Positions 1-14,770 are shown, counted from the stretch's first letter. The stretch is 64,000 nt of DNA from Eledone cirrhosa (GCA_964016885.1 CAXHJY010000401.1:248001-312000); one strand, 5' to 3'. Notes: generated from the sequence alone by a model not told the origin. Made by a program: numbers and translations.

Positions 1-159
1 ACGCCATGCTTTACAGCATAGAGTTACGGCCCTTTATGTTCTGAGTTCAAATCCCGCCGAGGTTAACTTTGCCTTTCATCCTTACGGGGTCGATAAAATA
101 AAGTACCAGTAATGCACTGGGGTAATTGCTGGCCTTGTGCCAAACGTAGAAACAGTTAT
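1..159 (+). mobile_element. tRNA-derived SINE (family S1, Nin/Deu-domain-like), 5' end cut by window edge
   Basis: B box GAGTTCAAATCCC; central ctttgcctttcatccttacggggtcgataaaataaagtaccagt; tail ggccttgtgccaaa.gtagaaac. Confidence 0.85.
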
Positions 160-744
160 CTCTACATGACAGGCTTATAATGTCGCTAGAAATAGCAGCT
201 TATAGACCGCCTGGTACAACTCGACAACGAAGGAGTTTAATACTAATTAAGGGTTAATTAGTCTCTAATAAGCAAATCTCTCAATGAGAGAAATCTCTGA
301 GAAGGAATATTATAAATTTAAATTAATGTGTAGCTGTGCGTGTCTGTATGTATTCGTGTGTGTGTGTGTATATCTGTGTCTATGTATTCGTGTGTGTGTG
401 TGTGTATCTCTGTGTCTGTATGTATTCGTGTGTCTGTGTGTATGTGTGTGTGTATCTGTGTGTATCCGTATGTGTCTGTATGTATCTGTGTGTGTGTGTG
501 TGTGTATGTATCTGTGTGTGTGAGTGTGTATGTATCTGTGTATGTATCTGTGTGTGTGTGTGTATGTATCTGTGTGTGTCTGTATGTATATGTATGTATG
601 TATGTGTGTGTGTGTGTGACTGTGTACATGTATGTATAATGTGTGTGTCTATATTGTGTGTATATAAACATATATACAGTGTTGTTTTATTTGCATCAGT
701 TGTTATGTCAACAGTAAAGACTCCCTTGGTAGATTCACAGCATA

Positions 745-828
745 ACAACTCCAGCACCAACAGTTTTGCAAGAGATGTCAACACGAATGGACCTGTTATT
801 TTTATCTAAAGACATTTTTTTTTCCAAT
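745..828. repeat. Dispersed repeat, inverted copy at ~14826-14908
   Basis: ccagcaccaacagttttgcaagagatgtcaacacgaatggacctgttatttttatctaaagacat matches the reverse complement of the 14.8-kb segment with few mismatches. Confidence 0.75.
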
Positions 829-870
829 TCCAACCCGCCCGTCCCCTCAATCTATTTTATATCTCCTTCT

Positions 871-907
871 TTCTTCTGATGAAGGACTAGCGTTCGAAAC
901 GTTAAAA
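871..907 (+). ncRNA. Minimal hammerhead ribozyme-like motif (Penelope pLTR type)
   Basis: CUGAUGA(A)-GGAC-uagc-GUUC-GAAACGUU: helix II GGAC/GUUC, palindromic helix III ACGU, weak helix I. It lies in a short non-microsatellite block ending at a (TACA)n tract. Confidence 0.6.
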
Positions 908-989
908 CCCTCCTCCTGCTATATCAAGCGTTAACCTAATATATCCCTTCCATATACTGTACCGATTGTGTTGATATTTCTGTTTACCT

Positions 990-1038
<49 letters not shown>

Positions 1039-1134
1039 GTGTGTGAATATATACATATATACACATACTGAGAAACACGTACATATATAGATGAAAATAA
1101 AATTAGAATTTTATTTCTCGCCTACTCGCATAAT

Positions 1135-1180
<46 letters not shown>

Positions 1181-1186
<6 letters not shown>

Positions 1187-1413
1187 TAACAGAGTAAAGT
1201 TTAAGCAAAGAATTGCTGCTTTCACCCTTAACGGGATCTTCTGAAACTCCTGAGTTTCAGAAGATCCCGTTAAGGGTGAAAGCAGCGATTCTTTGCTTAA
1301 ACTTTAATCTGTTATTTTAATAAATATTTGCTCTACGGTTCTTATATATTTGATATATATTTATCCTTATCGAGCCCTCTTTGGATTTTAGTCTTCAAAT
1401 TTATTATTATTAC
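1181..1413 (+). mobile_element. (TA)n-embedded fold-back element, family F8
   Basis: Arms 1181-1249 and 1252-1320 are inverted copies with 2 mismatches, followed by a 3' extension to 1413. Other pieces lie at 5730-5890, 6073-6130, 48182-48240 and 63821-63871. Confidence 0.8.
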
Positions 1414-1480
1414 TATATATATATATATATATATATAAATTCAAAATATTAACAAAATAGATATTCTTGTGATCAATTAT

Positions 1481-1545
1481 ATTTTATTATACATATTTCA
1501 GAGGTACTGAGTTAAGTTCAACAGTACGTCCTCATCAGATAAAAT
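1481..1545 (-). ncRNA. Type-I hammerhead ribozyme, family F2
   Basis: Reverse strand reads AUUUUAU-CUGAUGA-GGAC GUACUG uugaacuuaacu CAGUAC CUCU-GAA-AUAUGUAU-A-AUAAAAU. Helix I is 7 bp, helix III is self-complementary, and the NUH is AUA. Confidence 0.8.
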
Positions 1546-1630
1546 AAGATGATACATGACATTTCCTTGTTGAGTGCTTCCAATCTATTGTAAAACTCAT
1601 TCTTTGATGTATTCATTGAATATTGTTTAA

Positions 1631-1697
<67 letters not shown>

Positions 1698-1851
1698 TTA
1701 TATATATATTTAGTTAAGTAATAAACAACATAAGATAATTATTTCATTTAAAATGAAATAATTATCTTACGTTGGTTATTACATAACTAAAAAGCTCTGT
1801 AGCCTACATAGAGCACTCTGTTTTCCTGTAACTTTCCTACGAAAATACCTC

Positions 1852-1901
<50 letters not shown>

Positions 1902-2230
1902 CATATATAGAAACGAAGTCGAATGTAGATGACTATCGGTGTGAGTGAGGTGCGGGAGCCGGTAGGAAACACCTGTGCTAGATAGGTGGAGTGTAATTAA
2001 GGTAGGTCGGTACAGGTAAATGTACAGGTAAGGTAATTAAAAAGAAGCTTCACTGAACATTAAACGGACAACACGAAACGAATTAAAATAGAATGAAATC
2101 AAATAGAATACCTGCGCCGCAATCTCTATAGCAACCTGATACCTGTAATTCGAGTAGGAAGGCATGCATGGAGACTGTACTAACTCGACCGCTTGTGTTG
2201 CATCAGTGTTGTTGTTGTTGTTGTTGTTGT

Positions 2231-2572
2231 TAGAGTGTCGGACGCCATGCTTTGCAGCATAGATTTACGGCCCTTTATGGTCTGAGTTCAAATCCCGCCG
2301 AGGTTAACTTTGCCTTTCATCCTTTCGGGTTCGATGAAATAAAGTACCAGTGATGTACTGGGGTCGATTTAATCGACATCCCCCCCCCCCCCACACTCCC
2401 CCAAATTATTGACCTTGTGCCTAAATAAGAAACCATTATTCCCGCCGAGGTTAACTTCGCCTTTCATCCTTACAGGGGTCGATAAAATAAAGTACCAGTA
2501 ATACACTGGGGTAATTGCTGGCCTTGTGCCTAAAGTAGAAACAATTATTACGGGGTCGATAAAATAAAGTTC
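2231..2572 (+). mobile_element. SINE S1 with partial tandem re-duplications of its 3' half
   Basis: One near-full copy to ~2440, then restarts at cccgccgaggttaac (2441) and cggggtcgataaaat (2551). Confidence 0.85.
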
Positions 2573-2630
2573 CATATATGTCTATATATATATGTTTATA
2601 TATATATATGTATGTATATGTATATATATA

Positions 2631-2980
2631 TGTTACAGTAAAGCCAGAGTCCTGGTGTTTCTCCAGTGCAAGGCGCATACAATAGTCCACTACGATGATA
2701 GGGAGCCAATGTATCTCAAAAGTGACACAGAGGAGACTGAGGTTAGCTGGACATGCTCACCGACATCTAGAGTTGACATTGCACTCAGTGCTCCTGTGGG
2801 AGCCCCTGCATGGACACACTAGAAGAGGAAGACCAAGGTTAACATATGTTGATGCCCTAAGGACAGACACTGGTCTGTTGGAGACGCAGGACATGGCAGC
2901 GATAATGAGGGACAGAGACCGCTGGAGAGAACTCGTCCATGGATCTCGGGAATTTTACCCGCCTTAGATAGATAGATAGA
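2631..2980 (+). mobile_element. 5'-truncated, 5'-inverted RTE-clade LINE
   Basis: 2713-2967 (+) encodes [54 protein letters not shown]...RDRDRWR (RTE C-terminus), then a stop and a (GATA)n tail. 2631-2717 (-) encodes DTLAPY../IVVDYCMRLALEKHQDSGFTVT, from the RT QGDTLAPYLF motif region. Confidence 0.85.
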
Positions 2981-2986
2981 TATATG

Positions 2987-3033
<47 letters not shown>

Positions 3034-3090
3034 GTAGATATATGTATGTATATATATGTATTTATATATATATATGTATATATATATATG

Positions 3091-3129
<39 letters not shown>

Positions 3130-3190
3130 GTAGATATATGTATGTATATATATGTATATATATATATATGTATATATATATATGTATGTG

Positions 3191-3227
<37 letters not shown>

Positions 3228-3229
3228 GC

Positions 3230-3273
<44 letters not shown>

Positions 3274-3966
3274 ATATATGTAGATATATGTGTGTGTGTA
3301 TGTATGTATATTCAGGTGTAAGACAAAGGTGTTTACTTCAGTAGATATAACACAGACATTTCTTTCTTTTACCTCATCGTCTTCTCTTTCATTGTATTAC
3401 CTTACCGTTGTTGTTGTTGTCGTTGTTGTAGTGGTGTGGTGTTGTGGTGTGGTGTTGTGGTGGTGGTGGTGGTAGTGTTGTTGTTGTGGTGGTGTTGTTG
3501 TTGTGGTGGTGGTCGTGTTGTGGTGGTGGTGGTGTGGTGGTGGTGGTAGTGTTGTAGTCGTGGTGGTGGTGGTGGTAGTGTTGTTGTGGTGGTGTGTTTG
3601 TGGTCGTTGTGGCGGTGGTGGTGGTGGTGGTAGTGTTGTTGTGGTGGTGTGTTTGTGGTCGTTGTGGCGGTGGTGGTGGTGGTGGTGGTGGTGTTGTGGT
3701 GGCGGTGGTGTTGTGGTGGTGGTGTTGTTGTTGTTGATACAATCATACCCTATCTTCCATTCGGAAATAATACAAAAGATAAAGAAAACATTAACAACAA
3801 CAACAACTCCGCCACCACCAACAACAACAACACCAAAAACAACAACAACTAACAACAACACCACCAACAGTCGTTTAATAATATTGGTGAAATGTGTAAA
3901 ATGGTGTCTAGACTGGTTGTGGTATGTAAAGACAAACAGTGTATGTCGTTTCTGGGTGTATATATT

Positions 3967-4054
<88 letters not shown>

Positions 4055-4508
4055 TGTGTGTATATATATGTGTGTGTGTATGTGTGTATGTGTGTGTGTG
4101 TATATGTGGGTGTGTATATGTGTGTGTGTGTATGTGTGCGTGTATGTATATATGTGTGTGTGTATGTATATATGTGTGTGTATGTGTATATATGTGTGTG
4201 TATGTGTATATATGTGTGTGTATGTGTATATATGTGTGTGTGTATGTATATATATGTGTGTGTGTATATATATATATGTGTGTATGTGTATATATATATA
4301 TGTGTGTATGTGTATATATATATATGTGTATATGTGTATATATATATATGTGTGTGTGTGTGTATGTGTGTGTATGTATATATATGTGTGTATGGATGTA
4401 TGTATGTGTGTATATATGTGTATGTATGTGCATGTGTGTGTGTGTGTGTGTATGTATGTATATATGTTTGTATGTATGTATGTATATATGTATGTGTGTC
4501 TCTTTCTC

Positions 4509-4568
<60 letters not shown>

Positions 4569-4796
4569 CGTCTATGTATAGCCGCAATAATATACACTTG
4601 TATCCATTGTATATCATTTATAATGGCACATTGCCCGGAATTCCCTAACACAAAATACCAGCTATATATATATATATATACATACAATATATCTATATAT
4701 ATATACAATATATATATATTTATATAAATAATACATATATATATATGTGCATATATATATATATATACAGTATATATATATTTATATAAATAATAC

Positions 4797-4828
<32 letters not shown>

Positions 4829-5077
4829 CTGTCTATAAATGTACAATGTATAAATGTTTATATTGTATAAAAGCTCGTAAAAAGACTTGTATATGTCTGC
4901 TTACTTCAGCTATGCCGCCATTTTAAGACAATGTGCTTGTGGAGAAATACAAAGAAAAATAATAGAATAAGCAAAAAGAACTGAAAATATACCCCTTTCT
5001 CTGTATGTATATATGTATATATATATGTGTGGGTGTGTGTGTGTGTGTGTATATATGTGTGTGTGTGTATATGTGTA

Positions 5078-5110
<33 letters not shown>

Positions 5111-5203
5111 ATGTGTATGTATGTATATATATATGTATGTATGTATATATATATGTATGTATATATATATAAATGTATTTGTATATATGTATGTATATGT
5201 ATG

Positions 5204-5234
<31 letters not shown>

Positions 5235-5306
5235 TTCGTTTCTGAGAAACAAGATGTCGTAGGACAGAACAAAGGAGAGGCACAAAAACAAAGAAAAGAA
5301 TCCCCA

Positions 5307-5349
5307 GTCACTGAAGAGGTCACAGAATGTGTGACGAAAGAAGTTTGAC
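5307..5349 (+). ncRNA. Type-I hammerhead ribozyme, family F3 (in element ~5237-5500)
   Basis: GUCA-CUGAAGA-g GUCAC agaaugu GUGAC-GAA-AGAAGU-U-UGAC. The element ends in atgaccctcccaaagtataacaata followed by (TA)n. Confidence 0.72.
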
Positions 5350-5498
5350 AATATATAAACAACCATCTGGTTGTGGAACCAACCAACCAACCGGAAATTT
5401 ATAAATTCCTAAATTTATAAATTTATTATAATAAATTGAAGTGAAAGCAACTGGTGCATGTGTTTCTTATTGGCAACATGACCCTCCCAAAGTATAAC

Positions 5499-5530
<32 letters not shown>

Positions 5531-5531
<1 letters not shown>

Positions 5532-5714
5532 ACGAAGGAAATGTGGTAAGGAACCAGGTGGACCATAACGCACCAAAGTACTCAATACTTAGGGTAGTAG
5601 AGTGGCTAATAGGAACAAGTAAGACCCCGACGGCTGAGCTCAAGCCGTGTCGACGGGCAGAATTAGCCGTCGAAACGGCTTGACCTCAGCCGTCGGGGTC
5701 TTACTTGTTCCTAT
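5531..5714. mobile_element. (TA)n-embedded fold-back element, family F9 (7 copies in window)
   Basis: Sequence aacgaaggaaatgtggtaaggaaccaggtggaccataacgcacc... recurs at 7010-7147, 12374-12540, 27005-27091, 33460-33670, 37361-37503 and 51821-51970. Each copy abuts (TA)n, and most have an inverted partial copy. Confidence 0.85.
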
Positions 5715-5903
5715 ATATATATATATATAGTAATTAATAATAAATTTGAAGACTAAAATCCAAAGATTGCTCGATAAGGATAAATATATATCAAATATAT
5801 AAGAACCGTAGAGCAAGTTTCAGAAGATCCCGTTAACGGTGAAAGCAGCGATTCTTTGCTTAAACTTTAATCTGTTAATTTAATAAATATATCTATATAT
5901 ATC

Positions 5904-6073
<170 letters not shown>

Positions 6074-6320
6074 TATTTATTAAATTAACAGATTAAAGTT
6101 TAAGCAAAGAATCGCTGCTTTCACCGTTAATATATATATATATATATTTATTGTTATACTTGGGGAGGGTCATATTGTTATAATATTGCCAGAAATAATA
6201 ACAGAACACACTCACTGTTTGGTTTGGGTTGGTTTTCGCTTCTGTATCTTTTAAATCTCCATATTTAATTTATTTGGCAATCAATGTTTATCATTGATTG
6301 ACCAACAGTTAAAAATACAG

Positions 6321-6370
<50 letters not shown>

Positions 6371-6372
6371 TC

Positions 6373-6416
6373 TATCAAAGATCTTTCGTCACACATCTGC
6401 GACATCATCAGTGGTA
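6373..6416 (-). ncRNA. Type-I hammerhead ribozyme, family F3 variant (element ~6150-6480)
   Basis: Reverse strand reads uacca-CUGAUGA-u GUCGCA gaug UGUGAC-GAA-AGAUCU-U-ugaua, with palindromic helix III AGAUCU. Related fragments lie at 22425-22578, 37012-37170, 37199-37352 and 46820-46870. Confidence 0.75.
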
Positions 6417-6531
6417 CTATTATGTTTCCTCTCGTTGTATTGTAAAGCCTACGCCATTTTTATTTATTTATTTATTCTTGTGTCTGTCTCTGCGTTTTCG
6501 TGTGTGTTTAATGGTTGGTGTGTGTGTACGT

Positions 6532-6593
<62 letters not shown>

Positions 6594-7148
6594 ATATATA
6601 TATATATATATGTGTGTGTGTATATATATATTTATTAAAATTACTACGTATATATATGTATATATATATATATATGTATATGTATATATATGTATATATC
6701 TACATATGGATATATGTGTATATATATATATGGATATATGTGTATATGTGTATATATATATATATATGTGTGTATATATATATATATATATGTGTGTATA
6801 TATATATATGTATATGTGTATATATATATGTGTGTATATGTGTATATATATATATGGATATATGTGTATATATATATATATATATACATATATATGGATA
6901 TATGTGTATATATATATATATATGTATACATATATATATGGATATATGTGTATATATATATATATATGTATACATATATATATGGATATATGTGTATATA
7001 TATATATATAACGAAGGAAATGTGGTAAGGAACCAGGTGGACCATAACGCACCAAAGTACTCAATACTTAGGGTAGTAGAGTGGGTAATAGGAACCAGTA
7101 AGACCCCGACGGCTGAGCTCAAGCCGTTTCGACGGCTAATTCTGGACT

Positions 7149-7192
<44 letters not shown>

Positions 7193-7200
7193 TATATGTC

Positions 7201-7234
<34 letters not shown>

Positions 7235-8188
7235 TCTATATATATATATGTATATATATATATATGGATATATGTGTATATATATATATATATATATGTA
7301 TATGGATATATGTATATATGTATATGGATATATGTATATATATGTATATGGATATATGTATATATATGTATATGGATATATGTGTATATATATATATAAA
7401 TATATATATATGTATATATATATATGTGTATATATATATATGTGTATATATATATATACTCATAGATCTCTAAATATATATATATACCCATAGATCTCTA
7501 AATTTCAGTGTGTTGTGTCCTATATTTAATAGGTTTAGGTTGTGAGATTCGGGCGCTGACTTTGGCTGCCATTTTCCCTTTACTATTATTTTCTTCTTTA
7601 TACCATTTCGAAGTGTTTGAACAATGACTGCACGACTGTAGAGAGATCTCCTGGCTTGGCCCGTGTCTCAGGCTGTGTTGTGTGTTCTGTGATAGCCGCT
7701 AGGTGGCGGGGTGGTGAAAGAAAGATTGGAGAACGATGGCCTCTGTTGTTTGACATAAGTTGTGAGACGGCATTCCTCACCATTCTCTCTTGAAAGGAAA
7801 TATTTCCCTGTGAGAAGGGACGGAAAAATGTGAAGAAGAAAAGTCACTTGGTACCGCTCTCATTCCACACCCACTACACACACGTATACACACATCTTTA
7901 CACACACACATACACACACACACACACAGACACACACACGCACACGCACATATATATATATTTCTCATTCCGTCTCGTCACACACGCGATTTACACACAG
8001 TATGTATTTCTCTCTATATATATATATATGTGTGTGTAAGTGTGTCTGTCTGTATGTATGTATGTGTGTTTGCGTGTGTGTATACATATATATAAATATA
8101 CATATATTTATATGTATATGCATATATATATGTATGTGTGTGTGTGTATTTCTCTTTCTGTATAATTACATATATATACAGCACCTCC

Positions 8189-8224
<36 letters not shown>

Positions 8225-8394
8225 CACACACACATTCGTATATATATACACACATGACCCACCTACACATTCACACACACATACGCAAACACACTGTCTC
8301 TTTTGTTCCCCTACACACACACACACACACACACACATTGTTCTTTGTCGACTTAATAATCTTTGCGTCTTTCTTTCTTTTTCTTCTTTTTTGT

Positions 8395-8458
<64 letters not shown>

Positions 8459-8654
8459 ACACCCACACACACACACACAGACACACTCCCACACACACAC
8501 ACGTGTGTGTATATAATGTTCGGAAGACGCAAGTGCAGATGTGTCATTCGGAGCACAATCAAAACGAAAGCATGTAGTTTGACACGAACACACGTCAAAC
8601 AGATAACACATATGTATGTATGTAGGTATGTGTATATATATATATATATACGTT

Positions 8655-8705
<51 letters not shown>

Positions 8706-8778
8706 GTTTGTGTGTGTGTATATATATGTATATATATATATATGTTTGTATGTGTCTATAGATATATATAAATATATG

Positions 8779-8810
<32 letters not shown>

Positions 8811-9203
8811 TGTATGTATGTAGAGAGAAGGAGAGAAATTCTACAGGACTAGAACTGTTTCAGTCGTTTGAAATCATAGGTGGATATCTAACTAATGAAA
8901 GTGTTCTAGACCTGTAGAAGTCATTTCTATGTGAAATAGATATATAACTCTTTTTCTAATGTATTGAGTACCTTATAGAGCTGTGGTTCTTTTCCCTCTC
9001 TCTATTTTTAGTTTACATATACACATATACACAGTCCCCCACACGCATACACACACACGCGCGCACGCACACACGCGCGCACGCACGCATATATATATAT
9101 ATATTGTTTTACCCTGGAAGTCATGCTGCCAACATAAACACACACACCTGTTGGTTTTTATTATAAGTTTCCACTTGGTTGGTTCAATTGCTGCTTATAT
9201 ATT

Positions 9204-9246
9204 GTCAAAGCTCTTTCGCCACACATTCTGTGACCTCGTCAGTGAC
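9204..9246 (-). ncRNA. Type-I hammerhead ribozyme, family F3 (in element ~9105-9320)
   Basis: Reverse strand reads GUCA-CUGACGA-g GUCAC agaaugu GUGGC-GAA-AGAGCU-U-UGAC. The flanks are a diverged reverse-complement copy of 5237-5500. Confidence 0.75.
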
Positions 9247-9633
9247 TGATTTCTAATTTTGTCTCTCCTTTGTTCCATCCTACACCACCTTGTTTCTGTG
9301 TGTTCAGAGGAATGAATACAATATATTTATTTGAAGAACCGCGTATTTGTTTAGTCAGCCATTTTGTATATTTGAGAAAAAAAATAGCTTTAAATATAAG
9401 TAAATACGGAGAAAGATTAATTTTTTTTTAACTAAACCATTATTGGATTATTGTTCAACCATATTGGAATTGATCTCTCTATCCTTCCCTCTCACTCTCT
9501 CTACCTCTCTCTTTCTCCCTCTCACACTCTCTCTCCCCTTGTCTCTCTTTCTCCCTCTCTCTTTCTCTCTCTCTCTATTTGTATTTTTGCATCCTTGTGT
9601 CTGTTTTTTTTTTGTTTTATTTATCAACTTTGT

Positions 9634-10725
<1,092 letters not shown>

Positions 10726-11316
10726 ATATTTATACATACACACATATATATATATACATATATATTTATTTATTTAATATATGTATGATGATGATAGTAA
10801 AAAGGTTGGTGGGGTGGTGGTGGGTGTAACAGTAGAAAAATAACAAGAAAGGAGGCATTAAAAGACAAAATGGCCTCCGTTGTCTTCATTGTTGTATGGT
10901 GGAAAATAACAAAGATAGAAAACAGACAACATAGATCGAAAACAAACAAGATAAATATATAAAACAAATAGCATAGATATATAAAACAGACAAATAAATA
11001 TAAACCAAACAACATAAATATAAAACAAACATGAATATAAAACAAACATAAATATAAAACAGACAAATAAATATAAAACAAACAACATAAATATAAAACA
11101 AACATAAATATAAAACAGACAAATAAATATAAAACAGACAACAAATATAAAACAAACAATATAAATATAAAACAGATATCAAAATAAATGTAAAACTAAC
11201 ATAAAAACTAAAAAAAAACAAAGAAACAAGAGATAAAAATTAAAATGTCAAAATATAAAGTAATATGTATTAATGGTAAATAAATGCCAGTTGTCGGGGG
11301 CACATATGTTGACACG

Positions 11317-12093
11317 ATGTCTTAGAGAATGGTTCTATGTCTTAGACAATGGTTCCATGTCTTAGACAATGGTTCCATGTCTTAGACAATGGTTCCATGT
11401 CTTAGACCATAGTTCCATGTCTTAGACAATAGTTCCATGTCTTAGACCATGGTTCCATGTCTTGGACAATGGTTCCATGTCTTAGACAATAGTTCCATGT
11501 CTTAGAGAATGGTTCCATGTCTTAGAGAATGGTTCCATGTCTTAGACAATGGTTCCATGTCTTAGAAAATGGTTCCATGTCTTAGACAATAGTTCCATGT
11601 CTTAGACAATGGTTCCATGTCTTAGACAATGGTTCCATGTCTTAGACAATAGTTCCATGTCTTAGACAATAGTTCCATGTCTTAGACAATAGTTCCATGT
11701 CGTAGACAATGGTTCCATGTCTTAGACAATAGTTCCATGTCTTAGACAATAGTTCCATGTCTTAGACAATAGTTCCATGTCTTAGACAATGGTTCCATGT
11801 CTTAGACAATGGTTCCATGTCTTAGACAATAGTTCCATGTCTTAGACAATGGTTCCATGTCTTAGACAATGGTTCCATGTCTTAGACAATGGTTCCATGT
11901 CTTAGACAATGGTTCCATGTCTTAGACAATAGTTCCATGTCTTAGACAATGGTTCCATGTCTTAGACAATAGTTCCATGTCTTAGACAATGGTTCCATGT
12001 CTTAGACAATGGTTCCATGTCTTAGACAATGGTTCCATGTCTTAGACAATAGTTCCATGTCTTAGACAATGGTTCCATGTCTTAGACAATAGT
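11317..12093. repeat. 20-bp minisatellite, ~39 copies
   Basis: Unit cttagacaat(g/a)gttccatgt. Confidence 0.97.
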
Positions 12094-12202
12094 ACACTGT
12101 CTTATGTAATCAGTAAAGTAATACATGATACATTTAAAAAATACCAGTCAAGTACTGGGGTCGATTCGTCCTTTATATCTCTTTCTCACTTCCATTGTCT
12201 CA

Positions 12203-12299
<97 letters not shown>

Positions 12300-12840
12300 T
12301 ATATATATATTATATATATATATAATATATATATATATATATTATATATATATATAATATATATATATATATAGGGAAAGTATGACCCCGACGGCAGAGC
12401 TCAAGCCGTTTCGACAGTTATTTCTGGTCCAGAAATAGCCGTCGAATACTTTTTCCTATTACCCACTCTACTATCCTAAGTATTGAGTACTCTGGTGCGT
12501 TATGGTCCATCTGGTTCCTTACCACACAATTCCTTCGTTATATATATATATATATATATATAGATATATATATAGATATATAGATATATACCAGTCTAGT
12601 ACTGGGGTCGATTCTTCCTCTATATCTCTTTCTCACTTCCACTCTCTCACCCTCTTTCTATCCTTCTCTGGAAGAAATCTACTCTATTGAGACCTAGTGA
12701 GAGGAAATGGTCTCCGCCATATTTAAAAATTAAAAATGCCCCAGAAATACCGTATGTCAATATGGCGACCCTACGCCTCCACCGAGAGTTGCGGGACTAT
12801 GAATGCATTCATCTAAAACCCTTCCATCGTATAATTTATT

Positions 12841-13460
12841 ATTTCTACTTTTGGCACAAGGCCAGCAATTACCCAGTGTATTACTGGTACTTTATTTTAT
12901 CGACGCCGTAAGGATGAAAGGCAAAGTTAACCTCGGCGGGATTTGAACTCTGAACGTAAATGGCCGTAACTCTATGCTGGAAAGCATGGCGTCCGACCCT
13001 CTACCGATACTGCCAAACCACCTTAATAATGGTTTCTTATATAGGCACAAGGCCAGTAATTTGGGGGAGGGAAAAGTCGATTAAATCGACCACAGTGTGT
13101 GACTGGTACTTTATTTTATCGACCCCGTAAGGCTGAAAGGCAAAGTTAACCTCGGCGGGATTTGAACTCTGAACGTAAATGGCCGTAACTCTATGCTGTT
13201 AAGCATGGCGTCCGACCCTCTACCGATACTGCCAAACCACCTTAATAATGGTTTCTTATATAGGCACAAGGCCAGTAATTTGGGGGAGGGAAAAGTCGAT
13301 TAAATCGACCACAGTGTGTGACTGGTACTTTATTTTATCGACCCCGTAAGGCTGAAAGGCAAAGTTAACCTCGGCGGGATTTGCACTCAGACCGTAAAGG
13401 GCCGTAACTGTATGCTGCAAAGCATGGCGTCCGACTCTCTACCGATACTGCCAAACCACC
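12841..13460 (-). mobile_element. Three tandem SINE S1 copies (period 219 bp)
   Basis: Reverse strand shows A box TGGCAGTATCGGTAG and B box GAGTTCAAATCCC in repeated units. The junction cttaataatggtttctta occurs at 13022 and 13241. Confidence 0.9.
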
Positions 13461-13998
13461 GTCAATCATATCATTTATGCCAGTAACTTTGTATTCTGTT
13501 CCCAATCCTTTCAATTTCTTGGGTATTTTCAAAGTTCGAATATTGTAGGCAGAATGTTTCATTAAAAGTCTGGTAACAAAAGGGTTAAGGAAGTGGAAAT
13601 ATGTTGTATTATAATATAGAACCACCATTGTTGTTTGGGGGGAGAAATGGTAAGAAGGGACGGGACAGGGTGATAAGATGGAGGTGAGGAATGCCTGGGT
13701 TGGTTAGATAAATCGTTGAAATAACTGTAATTGGTGTTGTTGTTTCTGATAAGGTTAGTATCAGTTGTTGCTCAACAGACTGACACACACACACACACAC
13801 ACATATACACATACAGACACACACATACATATACACATACAGACACACACATACATACACATACATACATACACACAGACATATATACACACAATCATAC
13901 ACATACATATACACACACACAGACATACACACATACACATGCACAAACCGACACGCATACACACACACACATACATACATACACACAGACACATACAC

Positions 13999-14031
<33 letters not shown>

Positions 14032-14312
14032 TGCACACACACAGACAGACAGATACAGATTGACATATGCACACACACAGACAGATACAGACACACACAC
14101 AGACAGATACATGCACACACACATAGATACATGCACACACACATACAGACTGACAGTCATATACACACAGCGACACACACACATACACACACACATAGAG
14201 ACGCACACACGCACATACTTTCCGCCGTGCTAAAACACATACAGTCTCACACACACATACAGACTGACAGACACACACACACAGACATAATACCACCGCC
14301 ACAAATACAATT

Positions 14313-14770
14313 TGCACCCACACCTTCTCCAGCCGCAACCTGGTGCAGTCTGCGACTGACCCAGGTTCTGTTGCACGTCGGGCTTAGGGGGCCAAACTCC
14401 CCAAATACCGGTCGCTCTCCGACAGGTTTGCGGTCGTACCCCTGGCTGTGGAGACTTCTGGTGTCCTCGGCCCCAGGGCTACCTCCCTACTCACCACCAT
14501 AGGCGCTGAGCTGGCCAGCCGCAGGTGTGGAGTCTTCTGGTGTCCTCGGCCCCAGGGCTACCTCCCTACTCACCACCATAGGCGCTGAGCTGGCCAGCCG
14601 CAGGTGTGGAGACTTTTGGTGTCCTCGGCCCCAGGGCTACCTCCCTACTCACCACCATAGGCGCTGAGCTGGCCAGCCGCAGGTGTGAGCCCCGCGAGTT
14701 GGAGTGGCTTTTCCTGCGCCTCTCCCTTGCCGTCCTCCGGGGAAACGCCTTCTCCATTTTGTCCGCCGGG
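14313..14770 (+). mobile_element. CRE-like non-LTR retrotransposon 3' fragment (restriction-like endonuclease region) with a 79-bp triplication
   Basis: CTHTFSSRNLVQSATDPGSVARRA*GAKLPKYRSLSDRFAVVPLAVET-FGVLGPRATSLLTTIGAELASRRCEPRELEWLFLRLSLAVLRGNAFSIL. Repeat units start at 14448, 14527 and 14606. Confidence 0.8.

Noticed and set aside
5531-5612. Recurring peptide [25 protein letters not shown] in several ORFs
   Set aside because: Reflects the multi-copy F9 repeat read through from TA tracts; no evidence of coding function.
11317-12093. Regular short repeats resembling a CRISPR array (also 17372-18222, 59213-60085)
   Set aside because: Head-to-tail units with no unique spacers, no cas genes, and a eukaryotic context.
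13170-13241. A/B boxes as a tRNA gene
   Set aside because: No cloverleaf; these are SINE heads continuing into a shared SINE body.
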